NCBI GenBank assembly: GCA_040217195.1
Contig: JAVJNR010000006.1
Location: forward strand, 160,001-224,000
DNA from: Leptospiraceae bacterium
GTDB taxonomy: Bacteria; Spirochaetota; Leptospiria; Leptospirales; Leptonemataceae
Length of the DNA stretch: 64,000 bases
Reading direction: 5' to 3'
Part shown: one piece after another, positions 29,055 to 39,850 of the stretch
Layout of the letters: every line of letters starts with the position of its first letter
Position numbering within the stretch: position 1 is the stretch's first letter
The notes under the pieces: model-generated
Databases searched by the model: none
What the model saw: the letters and a program-made list of their open reading frames with translations, nothing else
What the model was told of the DNA's origin: nothing
Program-made: the position numbers and the translations under genes

Positions 29055-30848
29055 GTGTCTTTCAGCTTAGAGCAATTCAAAGAAAAATTCCCGGTCCCTC
29101 CTGAGTGCTTGAACTCTGGAGAAGCTTTCGAATATTTCTGGACTTATGATTTAACTGTAGAGCCGGAGGACTTCTGGCCCTTCATCGCGGACTCCTCAAG
29201 AATGAATCGGGAGGTGGGTTACGAAGAAGTTCATTATGAAGAAAAAGATGGAGTTCTGCATGGTTGGTCCGGCGAAGGCCGACTCCGGCAAGAATGGATC
29301 GAATATCCGTTCGAATGGAATTATCCGGTATTTATCCGGCGACTTAGGAAGTATTCTGTAGGATTGCCTGATTATAATTTCATTCAGGGATACATTGAGC
29401 CTCTTGAACAAGGGTGTAGAGTCTACATCCACAATGTAGTCTATTCCAATCATCCTCTGGCGCGAAAGTTTCTGCCACGTTACCTGGCGCCCTTCGGCGA
29501 GCGCTACGGTGCCACTTTTGCTAAAGCGGTACAGGCCATAAATAATAACCATAGTCTGGATGTAGTGTATCCCCCGGTGCCTATACAGATCGGCGAAGAT
29601 GCTAAACGGAATCTGGAGGAAAGATTGCTTAAGCTCAGGCAGTCTGGATTCGAAGCAAATGAAGTTTCTGCGATGAAGGAATACATCCTCCGGACCGATT
29701 CCAATGAATTGTTTCGCATTCGTCCTCTGGCATTGAAAGCTCCAGTTACAGATCCGGATCGTCGAATTTCAGCTTTTTTGCATGGAGTGCTCTGTGGTCT
29801 ATTTACTATGAATTATGAGGTTATTTGCCCACATTGTAGGGGAAGTCGTGAAAGCCTTGCCTCCCTGGCACAGGTGCCGGTTCGTTCCGAGTGTCACATT
29901 TGCGAAATTGAATTTAACTCAGGGGGCAAAGAATCCATCGAGATTACTTTCCGGTTGCATCCTGCTATTGCAGAGACCTACCAACAATTCTATTGTGCAG
30001 CGGAGCCTTCGCGCAAGACTCATGTGCGAATTCAAAGAATTCTGGAGCCTGGAGAACAGAGCTTTCCGGTAAACCTTACCGCGGGTCGATATCGATTTCT
30101 ACTTCAAAGACAGCAATTGCCTCTGGCCGCTGACTTCAAGAAAGAGGAAACCGCTATTCCCGGATTGAATGGCAAATGCGAGCTGGAAAATCCATTTAAC
30201 AAGAGATCACTGCTTATGGTCGAAGAGCCCGGAGAATCAGTGGTCGCGCTACGTCCCTCCAGACTTTTCGGAATGCAAGAATTCAGAGATTTATTCACAG
30301 GCGAACAGCTATCTACAGATCTGCAGATAGACCTGGGAACTCAGACCATTACTTTTGTGGATATTGTAGGTTCTACCGGATTCTATGAAGACCAGGGAGA
30401 CGGACCAGCTTTTGAAGCGGTAAAGAAGCATTTTGAATTCTTTTTCGATATTGTCCAGAAGCATAAAGGAGCGGTCATCAAGACCATTGGTGATGGTGCC
30501 ATGTTTTGCTTTCCATCTTCTTCGCAGGCCTTGCGGGCAGGCCTGGAGGCCATGGAGCAGTTACGATCCAGACGCGATGAGCTGGGGTTGAGTTTTAGAT
30601 ATACAATGCATGAAGGTCCCTGTCTGGCCGTTAACTTTAACACCGGCATCGATTATTTCGGGAGCACTGTGAATCTTGCAGCCAAATTGCAGAATGTTAC
30701 CGGGGCCAATGAGATTGGACTGTCCGAGAAGCTGTTTCGCTCCGATGCCATTCAGGGAATTCTCACAGATCGAAAGCCATCTGTTCAGTCCGTGATTCTG
30801 GAATATGACAAAGGGGCCCGACGGCAAAATGCTTATGTGCTTAGCTGA
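29055..30848 (+). CDS. class III adenylate/guanylate cyclase with DUF5939-like Zn-ribbon region
   Basis: CPHC...CHIC; FVDIVGST, KTIGDG, DYFGSTVNLAAKLQ. Confidence 0.88.
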   Translation: MSFSLEQFKEKFPVPPECLNSGEAFEYFWTYDLTVEPEDFWPFIADSSRMNREVGYEEVHYEEKDGVLHGWSGEGRLRQEWIEYPFEWNYPVFIRRLRKYSVGLPDYNFIQGYIEPLEQGCRVYIHNVVYSNHPLARKFLPRYLAPFGERYGATFAKAVQAINNNHSLDVVYPPVPIQIGEDAKRNLEERLLKLRQSGFEANEVSAMKEYILRTDSNELFRIRPLALKAPVTDPDRRISAFLHGVLCGLFTMNYEVICPHCRGSRESLASLAQVPVRSECHICEIEFNSGGKESIEITFRLHPAIAETYQQFYCAAEPSRKTHVRIQRILEPGEQSFPVNLTAGRYRFLLQRQQLPLAADFKKEETAIPGLNGKCELENPFNKRSLLMVEEPGESVVALRPSRLFGMQEFRDLFTGEQLSTDLQIDLGTQTITFVDIVGSTGFYEDQGDGPAFEAVKKHFEFFFDIVQKHKGAVIKTIGDGAMFCFPSSSQALRAGLEAMEQLRSRRDELGLSFRYTMHEGPCLAVNFNTGIDYFGSTVNLAAKLQNVTGANEIGLSEKLFRSDAIQGILTDRKPSVQSVILEYDKGARRQNAYVLS

Positions 30849-31030
30849 TACTCTAAATAAGGAAAGGATCCACTAAAAGGAAGGGATCTACGAAGGCCGG
30901 ACCGTTTCAGTACCCCGATGGCTTGCCAATGAACTCCCGGTAATGTAGATTATTGCAGAATTACTCCTGTTAAAGGTCTTCTTTTTGACTTTCCACTGTG
31001 TGCGCCGCAAAAAAACTGACTCCAACCACA

Positions 31031-32560
31031 ATGGAAACCTCATTTCAATCCCTGGGCGTGGAGCAAGATATTCTTCATGCCCTGGAAACCAAGGGCTATA
31101 CCAGCCCAACCCCAATCCAGGCAGCCGTTATTCCCCAGCTTCTTAAGCCAGGCTCCGATGTAATGGGCCAGGCCCGTACTGGCACCGGAAAAACTGCAGC
31201 CTTTGGCATCCCCCTACTGCAGCGATGCGATCCTTCTATCAATTCTGTTCAGGCACTGGTGCTTGCTCCTACCAGGGAGCTGGCAATGCAGGTTTGCACG
31301 GAAATGCAATCCATGCAGGGGAATAAAAAGCTGAAGCTGGCTCTACTCTACGGCGGTGCCGGAATGACTACGCAGATTCAAGCCCTGCGAAAGGGAGCTC
31401 ACATTGCAGTGGGTACTCCGGGCCGAGTCCTGGATCATGTTCGTTCCGGTCGCTTAAAGCTGGACGATTTGCAGTTTCTGGTACTGGATGAAGCGGATCG
31501 AATGCTGGATATGGGCTTTCAGGATGAACTGGAAGCCATTGTAGAAAGTGCCGGACCGGATCGCCAGACTCTGATGTTTTCGGCTACCTTCACTCCTGAG
31601 ATTCGAAAAGCAGCTTCCACCTATATGAAGAAATTCGAAATGGTGAAGGCTGAAGAAAGCGGTGTGAAGCAGTCCAACACTCGCATGGTTGCCTACGAAG
31701 TGTACGGCCGCGATAAGCGTGAGGCCTTGCGCCGAATACTGCATGCATCAGAAGATTTCTACGGACTAATATTTTGCGCTCGAAAATCCGATGTGGATGA
31801 TCTATCTCAATTCCTGGACAAGAAGGGCTTCGATGCAGAGGGATTGCATGGAGATATGTCCCAGCCTGCTCGGGAAAAGGTCCTGGGCCGACTCAAGAAA
31901 AAGAAGCTTAGCATACTTGTGGCCACCGATGTTGCGGCTCGTGGTATTGATGTAAATGATCTTGGATATGTAGTTAACTACGATATTCCAGACAGTGCCG
32001 ATGCACTGACCCATCGCACCGGTCGAACCGCCAGGGCAGGGCGCACCGGTACTTCCATCTGTCTGATTACTCCTTCGGAAGCGTCTCGTTTCCGAGGTAT
32101 GGAAAAGCGTACAGGGCTCATACATGAGCGATTGCCATTGCCCGACCGGGAAACCGTGAGAGAAGCCCGTCGAGAGGCCGCTCGCGTAGGGGTCGAAAAG
32201 GGCGTGGGAAAAAATCCTACTCCGGAATACGTGGATTTTGCAAAGGATCTGCTGGAAAGTCATTCGCCGGAAGAACTGGTGGCAAGCCTTCTAAGGGATC
32301 GTTTTGGCGATATGCTTCTGGAAAGCTCCATTCCTGACATTGCAACTCCGTCCCCATCCAGCGATAAGCCCGGAAAAGGAAAAGGCCATTCCAGAGGCCC
32401 ATCGGGAAGCTCTTCCAAGAAATCCGGCGGAAAAGGCGGATACCGGGGTGCAAGAAATACAGAAAACCGAAAGAGAAAGTACTCCGGTGCCAAGGATTCC
32501 GAGAACGGAGCCGGCGGCAGGAGAGGCAAGCTCAAGAAGTCCGGGGCTGGTCGGAGATAG
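31031..32560 (+). CDS. DEAD-box RNA helicase
   Basis: PTPIQ, TGTGKT, PTRELA, TPGR, DEAD, SAT, ARGID, HRTGRTAR; basic C-terminal tail. Confidence 0.96.
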   Translation: METSFQSLGVEQDILHALETKGYTSPTPIQAAVIPQLLKPGSDVMGQARTGTGKTAAFGIPLLQRCDPSINSVQALVLAPTRELAMQVCTEMQSMQGNKKLKLALLYGGAGMTTQIQALRKGAHIAVGTPGRVLDHVRSGRLKLDDLQFLVLDEADRMLDMGFQDELEAIVESAGPDRQTLMFSATFTPEIRKAASTYMKKFEMVKAEESGVKQSNTRMVAYEVYGRDKREALRRILHASEDFYGLIFCARKSDVDDLSQFLDKKGFDAEGLHGDMSQPAREKVLGRLKKKKLSILVATDVAARGIDVNDLGYVVNYDIPDSADALTHRTGRTARAGRTGTSICLITPSEASRFRGMEKRTGLIHERLPLPDRETVREARREAARVGVEKGVGKNPTPEYVDFAKDLLESHSPEELVASLLRDRFGDMLLESSIPDIATPSPSSDKPGKGKGHSRGPSGSSSKKSGGKGGYRGARNTENRKRKYSGAKDSENGAGGRRGKLKKSGAGRR

Positions 32561-33560
32561 AAATTCCCGCGGATAGCCCATGGCTTTTCTTGAATTGCAT
32601 GGGCGCCACTCCGAAGTTTCGTTTGAAACTTCGGGAGAATGCGAAGGCAGAATCATAACCCACCCTGCGAGCCACTTGTTCGATAGTTCCGTTTTCCTCC
32701 CTGAATAAACTGGCAGCTCTTTGCATTCGTATTTGATTCAGATATTCCATGGGTCCCATTTCAGTGACCTCCTTGAATCTTCGAGCCAGAGTTGCCCTGG
32801 AAAGCCCCTGAGCCCTGGCCAGACTTTCTACAGTCCAGTTCCGATCCAGTCCATCCTCCATGGATTCAATGGCTCGAAGCACAGCTTCATCTGAGTAGAG
32901 AGAGGCCCAGTGAGTTCTGGAATCATGGTCCAGTAGCCAGTGACGCAAGATGTAATGAAACAGTGTATCGGTTAGCTTGCTCAAAATGACTTCCGATGCA
33001 TCCGGTCTACTGAACTCAGCAGAAACAAGTTCTACAAGATGCTTGATTGGATGATGCAAGGGCAAACTGGATCCCGGAATATGAAAGTAGTCAGGTAGAG
33101 CTCTAAATAAAGGATGCACTGGACCTGCTGGAAATAGATATCTTCCACTCAAGAAACTGGTCATGTCCTCACTGGCTTTCTGGTCCGAAAGGCTGATCGC
33201 TGCGCTTACCTTTTTGGAATTCACCGTCAGGTTAGTCTCATTTTGCTCCTGCCAGGCCAGTTTTGAATAGGAAGAAGTATTGGACTGGCGGGCCCGAAAA
33301 TCATCCACATCGATGCAGTTAGCGTCTGCATGGGACTTAAGTTCGTGGTAATAGCCCCTGGAAAAAAATACCAGATCGCCGGGGCCAAGATCCAGGATCT
33401 GTCCTGTTGTCTTACATTCCACTTTGCATTGCCCGGCCAGAATCACATGGAATCCGGCTGTGAAGTCACAGGCGAATCGAATGCCCCATTGGCCCTGGAT
33501 ACTGGCCCGGGCGGCCACCGATCCTTGAATGGACCTGGAAATGCGACTGAGTAAGTCCAT
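32532..33560 (-). CDS. AraC family regulator with cupin N-terminal domain
   Basis: WTVESLA...SRATLARRF, VGYDSAFAFSRSFKR. Confidence 0.93.
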   Translation of the reverse strand: MDLLSRISRSIQGSVAARASIQGQWGIRFACDFTAGFHVILAGQCKVECKTTGQILDLGPGDLVFFSRGYYHELKSHADANCIDVDDFRARQSNTSSYSKLAWQEQNETNLTVNSKKVSAAISLSDQKASEDMTSFLSGRYLFPAGPVHPLFRALPDYFHIPGSSLPLHHPIKHLVELVSAEFSRPDASEVILSKLTDTLFHYILRHWLLDHDSRTHWASLYSDEAVLRAIESMEDGLDRNWTVESLARAQGLSRATLARRFKEVTEMGPMEYLNQIRMQRAASLFREENGTIEQVARRVGYDSAFAFSRSFKRNFGVAPMQFKKSHGLSAGISISDQPRTS

Positions 33561-33773
33561 AATTCAATCTATGCTAATACTACCAGTAAGGCCTCTATTT
33601 ATGCCCGGAGCTCTCGAAAAAAGAACTAAATTGAGACGATAGGATAGTTAATTTAGACTTTCAGTCATTCCCGTCTTACACCCAGTTCCTATACTGGACA
33701 TGCAAAGCGCCGGGTTTGGAAGTCCCGGGCGCGGATCTAAACGAATGAAAGTACAATTTAAAAGGAGTCTTAA

Positions 33774-34598
33774 ATGAAAGTATATGTATTTGGTGCCACA
33801 GGTACCGTAGGAAATCCGCTTGTGGAGGATCTGTTAGAGTCCGGTCATGAGGTTCTGGCAGTTAGTCGTAAATCCGGCTCTGAAAAGAAAGGCCTCACCT
33901 ATGTTGGTACCGACCCTTCCGAAATGAAAGGGGCCGATGCAGTCTTCCTCTTAAGTCCAGGCGGATTGGCCGATCAGCATTCCGTGCTCAAACCCTATCT
34001 GGAGCAAGCGAAGCAAATCAAGCCGGCCCGTACGGTCCTGATGACCGCTTTTGGTGTGGAATATGCACCTGCAGAGGTTCCTCTTCGAAAAATAGAACTG
34101 GAGGTTCTGGATAGTGGATTGGATGCCACCGTGCTACGGCCCAACTGGTTCATGCAGAACTTCAATAGCTACTGGATTCAGGGAATACTGAGCGATTCCA
34201 GGATCTACTTTCCTGGTGGCGATGCGAAGGCTGGATTCATTGATGCTCGGGACATTGCTGCCTGTGCAGCCCGACTCCTTACCGGAGCTGGTCATTCCGG
34301 CGAAGGAATCGGAATAACCGGCCCGGAGGCTCTGGATCACAAGGAAGTTGCTCAAAAGCTTTCTGCTGCCACCGGCAAGAAGATTGAATATGTAAATGTG
34401 GATCCCGAAGATTTTAAGGTTTCTCTTAAAGAGGCGGGCCTTCCGGCGGACTACATTGAAGTTCTCTCAGCCATCGCTGCCGGCCTTAGAGAAGGGCAGG
34501 CGGCCACGGTTACCGATTCAGTGGAGGCTTTGCTGGGACGTAAGGCTATTTCATTTGATCAGTACGCAAAGGATTACGCATCGGCCTTTCAGGGCTAA
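33774..34598 (+). CDS. NmrA-like NAD(P)-binding oxidoreductase
   Basis: VFGATGTVG, LRPNWFMQN, IDARDIA; AAGGAG SD; divergent from AraC. Confidence 0.9.
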   Translation: MKVYVFGATGTVGNPLVEDLLESGHEVLAVSRKSGSEKKGLTYVGTDPSEMKGADAVFLLSPGGLADQHSVLKPYLEQAKQIKPARTVLMTAFGVEYAPAEVPLRKIELEVLDSGLDATVLRPNWFMQNFNSYWIQGILSDSRIYFPGGDAKAGFIDARDIAACAARLLTGAGHSGEGIGITGPEALDHKEVAQKLSAATGKKIEYVNVDPEDFKVSLKEAGLPADYIEVLSAIAAGLREGQAATVTDSVEALLGRKAISFDQYAKDYASAFQG

Positions 34599-34741
34599 AG
34601 TATCATGATTCTGGCCCGGGCCACGGTTTACAACCGGTCGGGCCAGAGCATTCATCCAACCGGGCACATTTTTGATTGGCAGAGCTATACCTTTGGAAAT
34701 AATCTGAAAGAAATAGGCCGGTGTCTTGTTGGGTAGGTAGA

Positions 34742-36337
34742 ATGCTTTTATTTCGAAGATCGATCTTTATAATTATATTCCTTTCTATTTCTGGGCTATA
34801 TACTAACTGCCGGCTGGCAGGTTCCCATCAGCAGGGACCGAAAATCACAGCACAGCAATCCCAGGACTGTAAAGCTCAATGTCTGTCCGGTAAATGTAAC
34901 AATGGAACCGGAAAATATGAATTCCCCGACTGCAGTATTTACGAAGGGGAATTTCAGAACGGTCTTCGAAATGGAAAAGGTGAGTACCGGTTTCCTTCAG
35001 GCACCAAATTGCTGGGTCACTTCGACGAAGGAAGGCCTATTGGCGCTTTCGAATATCATTTTCCAGAAGGAGCAGTATTTCGCGGTCGTATTCACAATGA
35101 GAATAGCGATGGCGACGTAGGACTGAGTATCAATGGCGCCACCGGCTTTCTGGAACTCAACGGGCAACGAAGATCCTGTCAGATTCTGGATTTTCGACTG
35201 CACTGTGGTGATCCAATAAAAGCTAGAGTCAGTGAAGAGCAGGCTGCAAGAGCCGATGTTCCGGTGGGCTTGAAGGCCAACGAAATTAAATTCTTACTCC
35301 TGTATGCACCGCAAAGTGCCCGACTGCTGCGCAATAATCAGGAATACTCTGTGGACTCCGGCTATCCACTGGCGCCTGGAGATACAATCATCACTACCCA
35401 GCATGCAGCTGACATCCAGGGAGAAGGTGGATTCGCAATACGATTGAAGCCTTTTAGCGAGCTCTACATCCCATTGGATGCAAGAGATGAACGAGTGCTT
35501 CAACTGAATCGCGGTTCATTAATTGTCGATTACGACGGTAAAGGTCCTCTTCCATTTCGCGTGCGGTCTGGAGGATTAAACGTAGATGTAAAAGGAACTA
35601 CCTTTGTCGTAGAGGCCGGTGATGATAAAAATCGAGTGAAGGTTCGGGTTCTGGAAGGGGAAGTGAAGCTCAGCCGGGATTCGGCTGTACTGGATAAGGT
35701 TCGCAAAGGAGACTTGAAAAAGTATCCCAATCTGGAGGATGCAATCCAGGGAATGGAGGGAACCGTTTCTCTTACGGCCGGGGATGAAGCCACGGCTATT
35801 GTGATGGATCCGGGGAGTAATCCAGATGATCTGGCCAGTTCTGCTTCCAGGGATTCCGGCCCGAAGGTTTCTGAAGCGAGTGAAGAGGATTTGCGAAAGG
35901 ATGAGCAGGAAGCCGCTCTCATGCCGGTGCTTCCCGAAGAAGATTTCGCCGAGGCCAGAGAAGACGGACTGAGCGGCGATCCTGAAGATAGGCAGGAGGC
36001 CGCAGCCACAATAGAAAAGCGCTATCGAAAGGAAGTGGAATCCAGAGGGGATGACCTGGAGCAGCAACTTCAAATCAGCACAGACATTAAAACACCGGAA
36101 GATTTCAAAAAGGCCTATCCAGTTCTGGAAGTGGTGCATATGATTCAGGGCACCCGACGGGCTGGTTCGATCATCGCTCAGGCCGGTGGATTACTATTTC
36201 TTTATGCTCCGGATGGATTGTATCGCGTGCCTATTGAGGATGTGGACTACGTAGATTACTATAATCAGGATGAGATGGATATGGACATACTGACCAATCC
36301 CGACCCGGATAAAAAGAGCCAGAAAAGCGAAGAATAA
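34742..36337 (+). CDS. lipoprotein with MORN repeats and FecR-like domain
   Basis: Lipobox LYTNC; YEGEFQNGLRNGKG MORN repeats; VKGTTF...VRVLEGEV FecR motif. Confidence 0.8.
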   Translation: MLLFRRSIFIIIFLSISGLYTNCRLAGSHQQGPKITAQQSQDCKAQCLSGKCNNGTGKYEFPDCSIYEGEFQNGLRNGKGEYRFPSGTKLLGHFDEGRPIGAFEYHFPEGAVFRGRIHNENSDGDVGLSINGATGFLELNGQRRSCQILDFRLHCGDPIKARVSEEQAARADVPVGLKANEIKFLLLYAPQSARLLRNNQEYSVDSGYPLAPGDTIITTQHAADIQGEGGFAIRLKPFSELYIPLDARDERVLQLNRGSLIVDYDGKGPLPFRVRSGGLNVDVKGTTFVVEAGDDKNRVKVRVLEGEVKLSRDSAVLDKVRKGDLKKYPNLEDAIQGMEGTVSLTAGDEATAIVMDPGSNPDDLASSASRDSGPKVSEASEEDLRKDEQEAALMPVLPEEDFAEAREDGLSGDPEDRQEAAATIEKRYRKEVESRGDDLEQQLQISTDIKTPEDFKKAYPVLEVVHMIQGTRRAGSIIAQAGGLLFLYAPDGLYRVPIEDVDYVDYYNQDEMDMDILTNPDPDKKSQKSEE

Positions 36338-36515
36338 ACCAGACTGATATTGGTTCCGGTGACTTTTGATAAATGCCTCAGGTTTTTCAGGTTGGATCAG
36401 TTTCCATAACTCAATTGCGTCTCATAGTCGTCTCCCGGCTTTCTGTGATTTACTTGACCCGCTGACCGATTATTCCTTGAATAGGAAGAGCAGATTATTG
36501 CTGCCAGGAGAACCC

Positions 36516-37049
36516 ATGAGCGAGAAACCATTTCTGACTGATGTTAAAACACTGCGCGAACGCGCGCGAAAGGAAATTGAAAAGGGTGCTGTGACTGCAG
36601 GATATCAGGCAGATGTGGAGCAGGTAGTGGAGCTACTAAATACAGCTCTGGCTACAGAAATTGTATGCGTTTTACGGTATAAGAGGCACTTTTATATGGC
36701 CGATGGACTGAATTCTGAGGCCGCGGCTCAGGAATTCCTTCAGCATGCGAACGAAGAGCAGCAACATGCTGATCAGCTGGCTCAAAGAATCGTTCAGCTG
36801 GGGGGAGAGCCAAACTTCAATCCTGAAGGACTGGCCAGTCGAAGTCATGCGGAATACGTAGAAGGCGAAAACCTCATTGAAATGATTAAAGAGGATCTGG
36901 TGGCCGAAAGGATTGCCATCGATAGCTATCGTGAAATGATCGATTATATTGGGCCCAGGGATTCTACCACCAGGAGAATGCTGGAGGATATCCTGGCCAT
37001 GGAAGAAGAGCATGCGGACGATCTGGTAGGCATGCTGGAGAAACTCTAG
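36516..37049 (+). CDS. bacterioferritin-like / ferritin-like protein
   Basis: LATEIVCVLRY, EEQQHAD, DLVAERIAIDSY, EEEHADD; AGGAG SD before ATG 36516. Confidence 0.9.
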   Translation: MSEKPFLTDVKTLRERARKEIEKGAVTAGYQADVEQVVELLNTALATEIVCVLRYKRHFYMADGLNSEAAAQEFLQHANEEQQHADQLAQRIVQLGGEPNFNPEGLASRSHAEYVEGENLIEMIKEDLVAERIAIDSYREMIDYIGPRDSTTRRMLEDILAMEEEHADDLVGMLEKL

Positions 37050-37156
37050 AATAGCCTGGCTTTATCCTGGCTTTGTTACGCCCGAATTCAGGCGCGAAAT
37101 CGCTGCCTCTGTGTCCGTAGACCCGGGGGCGCAAGCATGAGCCATCCCGACTTGAT

Positions 37157-38095
37157 TTATCCATGTCCGCCTGAAACGGTGGATTTTAGTGCAGCCGCTT
37201 CCTCGAAAACATCGGCGTGGCACGCTACCGAGGCCTGAATGGGATCGGCGTAGCCTCCGCCCATAAACACCACTACCGGGCAATTCCAGTAAGCCACGTG
37301 CTGAAAAACCAATTGATTTCGTCGATCCAGGCCCTGGCGAGTTAGAGATAACTTTCCCAGGGTATCTTCTTCCAGAGGATCGCATCCCGCCTGGAAGAGG
37401 ATTAGTTCAGGCTCAAACGGATAGAGAGCATGGGGCAATGCCTGTTTGAGAGCGGCAATATAGGTATCATCGTCTGCATTGTTTGGTAGTTCAATGTCTA
37501 CATCGCTTCTCTCTTTTCGAAAGGGATAATTCTTTGCACCATGGATGGAAAAAGTTAGCACGCTGTCATCGTCGGCGAAAATGGAAGCCGTTCCATTTCC
37601 CTGGTGAACGTCGCAATCAATGATTGCAATTCTTTTGATTCCGTATTCCCTCTGTGCGATTCGCACGCAAATAGCAATATCATTAAAAACACAAAATCCT
37701 TCTCCATGATCTGCGAATGCATGGTGGGTCCCTCCAGCCAGGTTCCCCGAAACACGGCTTTCATTTATGGCCGAATGCAAAGCTTCAATGCTGCCTCCTG
37801 TGATGGTTAAAGTTCGCTCTACGAATTCCGGTGTCCAGGGACGAAACCCTATTCGCCGGATTTCCGCATCTGTCATCTTTCCGTTCAGAAATGTGTCTAC
37901 GTAGGCCGAATCATGGATTAGTTTCAATTCCTCGATGGTGGCAGTTCTGGAGTTCTTAAAGTCCAATCGCAGATCTACATCTTCTTGCTTTCTGTTCTGG
38001 AGCTCCTCGAATACCAGCCTGTATCTATCCCGGGGGAATCGGGCATGGGGTGATATGGCCGATGTATAGATTTCATGATAATATAGCGGAAGCAT
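37157..38095 (-). CDS. histone deacetylase family protein
   Basis: GGTHHA, GFC, DCDVHQGNG, GCD, GGGY. Confidence 0.93.
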   Translation of the reverse strand: MLPLYYHEIYTSAISPHARFPRDRYRLVFEELQNRKQEDVDLRLDFKNSRTATIEELKLIHDSAYVDTFLNGKMTDAEIRRIGFRPWTPEFVERTLTITGGSIEALHSAINESRVSGNLAGGTHHAFADHGEGFCVFNDIAICVRIAQREYGIKRIAIIDCDVHQGNGTASIFADDDSVLTFSIHGAKNYPFRKERSDVDIELPNNADDDTYIAALKQALPHALYPFEPELILFQAGCDPLEEDTLGKLSLTRQGLDRRNQLVFQHVAYWNCPVVVFMGGGYADPIQASVACHADVFEEAAALKSTVSGGHG

Positions 38096-38348
38096 CTCTG
38101 TGGCACGCCGGGGGGCTGCCCCCGATCATGCAAGGAAAGTAAATCCACGTTTTCTGTCTCTAAAATCCCGGGCCAACCGCCGGTAGGGCCTCACAGACTT
38201 GCCTCCAAGCTCTTGTAGCAGATGGATCGCACATTCTTAAGCCCTGAGATGGCTTCCGTAGTTTGCACATAGGGAATTCCTGCTCCAGGAGGCCTACTCT
38301 CGAATCTTTCCTCTATTTGATTTTTCGGAGCTTAGTGGGAAATTGAGA

Positions 38349-38376
38349 TTTACAAACCGACCCCGGTCGGTATAGT
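38349..38376 (+). promoter_or_regulatory. sigma70-like promoter with embedded TetR operator
   Basis: TTTACA-N16-TATAGT with perfect inverted repeat ACCGACC-CC-GGTCGGT (38356-38371). Confidence 0.65.
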
Positions 38377-38384
38377 TGCTTGCA

Positions 38385-39011
38385 ATGCCCAGAGAACGAA
38401 TGGATCCGCAAAAGCGAAGGGGGCAAATCCTGGGAGCGGCCCGGAGTCTAATCTTCAGCTCAACTGCGGAAGGAGTAAGGGTAGAGGACATATTGCAGGA
38501 GCTTTCCCTCTCTAAAGGGGGCTTTTACCATCACTTTGCCTCAATGGAGGATGTGTTGGCCACGCTGGTGACTGAAGATCTGGCTGGATTGCTGGACACT
38601 TTGACGCGAAAGGCTCGGGAATCCCGATCCGCTGTGGAGGCTCTGCTCTGCCTATTTGATTTCGGTTCCGATGAGAAAGAGGGAGAGTCCGGAATCCTTC
38701 AGGCCATAGAATCCAGGCCATTGAAGCTAAGGTATCTGGAAATTCTCGAGCTGGTTCTTTATGATCCTCTGGATGAGTTGCTTCACAGTGTTCTGATCCG
38801 GGGTATGGACTCAGGTGATTTTGCACTTGTACCGGTTCAGGGCCTAGCTTCCATCTTTCGCGCGGTGAATCGACAACTGAACCGTCAGGCGATCCTTCAG
38901 GAGGAGGTGGGAGAGATACCCATGGTCAGGCAAATGGCGCTCCGGATGCTTTTTCGGGAGTTGCAGATCATCCACCAGCCAGAGGTAGAAGAGTTTCTGG
39001 CTTCTTGGTAA
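38385..39011 (+). CDS. TetR/AcrR family regulator
   Basis: VEDILQELSLSKGGFYHHF helix-turn-helix. Confidence 0.88.
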   Translation: MPRERMDPQKRRGQILGAARSLIFSSTAEGVRVEDILQELSLSKGGFYHHFASMEDVLATLVTEDLAGLLDTLTRKARESRSAVEALLCLFDFGSDEKEGESGILQAIESRPLKLRYLEILELVLYDPLDELLHSVLIRGMDSGDFALVPVQGLASIFRAVNRQLNRQAILQEEVGEIPMVRQMALRMLFRELQIIHQPEVEEFLASW

Positions 39012-39028
39012 CGAAGCAGGAGAGCGAT

Positions 39029-39850
39029 ATGAAAACAGCTAAGGACATATTTAGAGAAGATAAGAATTCGGTAAACAAAGGGAGCATCTTCCGCTTTCTA
39101 CTTTTAACGATGGGGATAGCGAGTATTGCCTTTTTATTGATGCTGGATGAGCCGGCCTACCATTCTCCTGAGGGTTTTCCGGCCATTCTGATATGGCTAC
39201 TGGCTATCTGGAGTCCCACCATCGCAGCCATAGTAGTGGCCATGCGAAGAGGGAACCTGACGCAATTGCTTTCGCAGAGTTTTTGTATCCCACGTAATCC
39301 AATAATGTTGAGTCTCGTTTTACTTCCGTTAATCTGTTTGATTTCATTAGTATCGTTTCTGTCTTTTAGCTGGCCCGAATTCCTCGGGTTTCCCCAGATT
39401 CTGCTTCTGGTGGGGATCAATCTTCTAATGGGCCCACTGGGCGAAGAGCTGGGATGGCGAGGCTTCCTGTATCCGGCTCTCCGGAATCGCCTGGGTTGGT
39501 TGGGTGCGGCGGTGGTGGTTGGCCTGATCTGGGGATTCTGGCATGGGCCCCTCTGGTTTATTGCATCTCCTCAATCGGAAATCCCTTTCGAGATTTTTCT
39601 GGGAAACGTGATGGTGTTTAGCATCCTAATGGCCATTCTTCGAGATACCACAGGCCCCTCTCTGCTAGGCCCTGTATCACTTCATCTGACTATCAACGTT
39701 GCAGCAGGATTGTTTGCACTTATGGAAATGGGGACACAGGCAGATTACTGGAGTTTCTCTCTGGTATTTCTGGGAGCCGTTGCCATGATCAGCGTCATAG
39801 TATATCAGTTCACTGAACGTCCACATTGTGGCGTGCCTGTTTCTAAATAA
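39029..39850 (+). CDS. CPBP family intramembrane glutamic protease (CAAX type II)
   Basis: EELGWRG, WGFWH, H..IN motifs; multi-TM. Confidence 0.9.
   Translation: MKTAKDIFREDKNSVNKGSIFRFLLLTMGIASIAFLLMLDEPAYHSPEGFPAILIWLLAIWSPTIAAIVVAMRRGNLTQLLSQSFCIPRNPIMLSLVLLPLICLISLVSFLSFSWPEFLGFPQILLLVGINLLMGPLGEELGWRGFLYPALRNRLGWLGAAVVVGLIWGFWHGPLWFIASPQSEIPFEIFLGNVMVFSILMAILRDTTGPSLLGPVSLHLTINVAAGLFALMEMGTQADYWSFSLVFLGAVAMISVIVYQFTERPHCGVPVSK

Noticed and set aside
32532..32560. 29-nt convergent overlap of the DEAD helicase and AraC genes
   Set aside because: Short tail-to-tail overlaps in low-complexity C-termini are common
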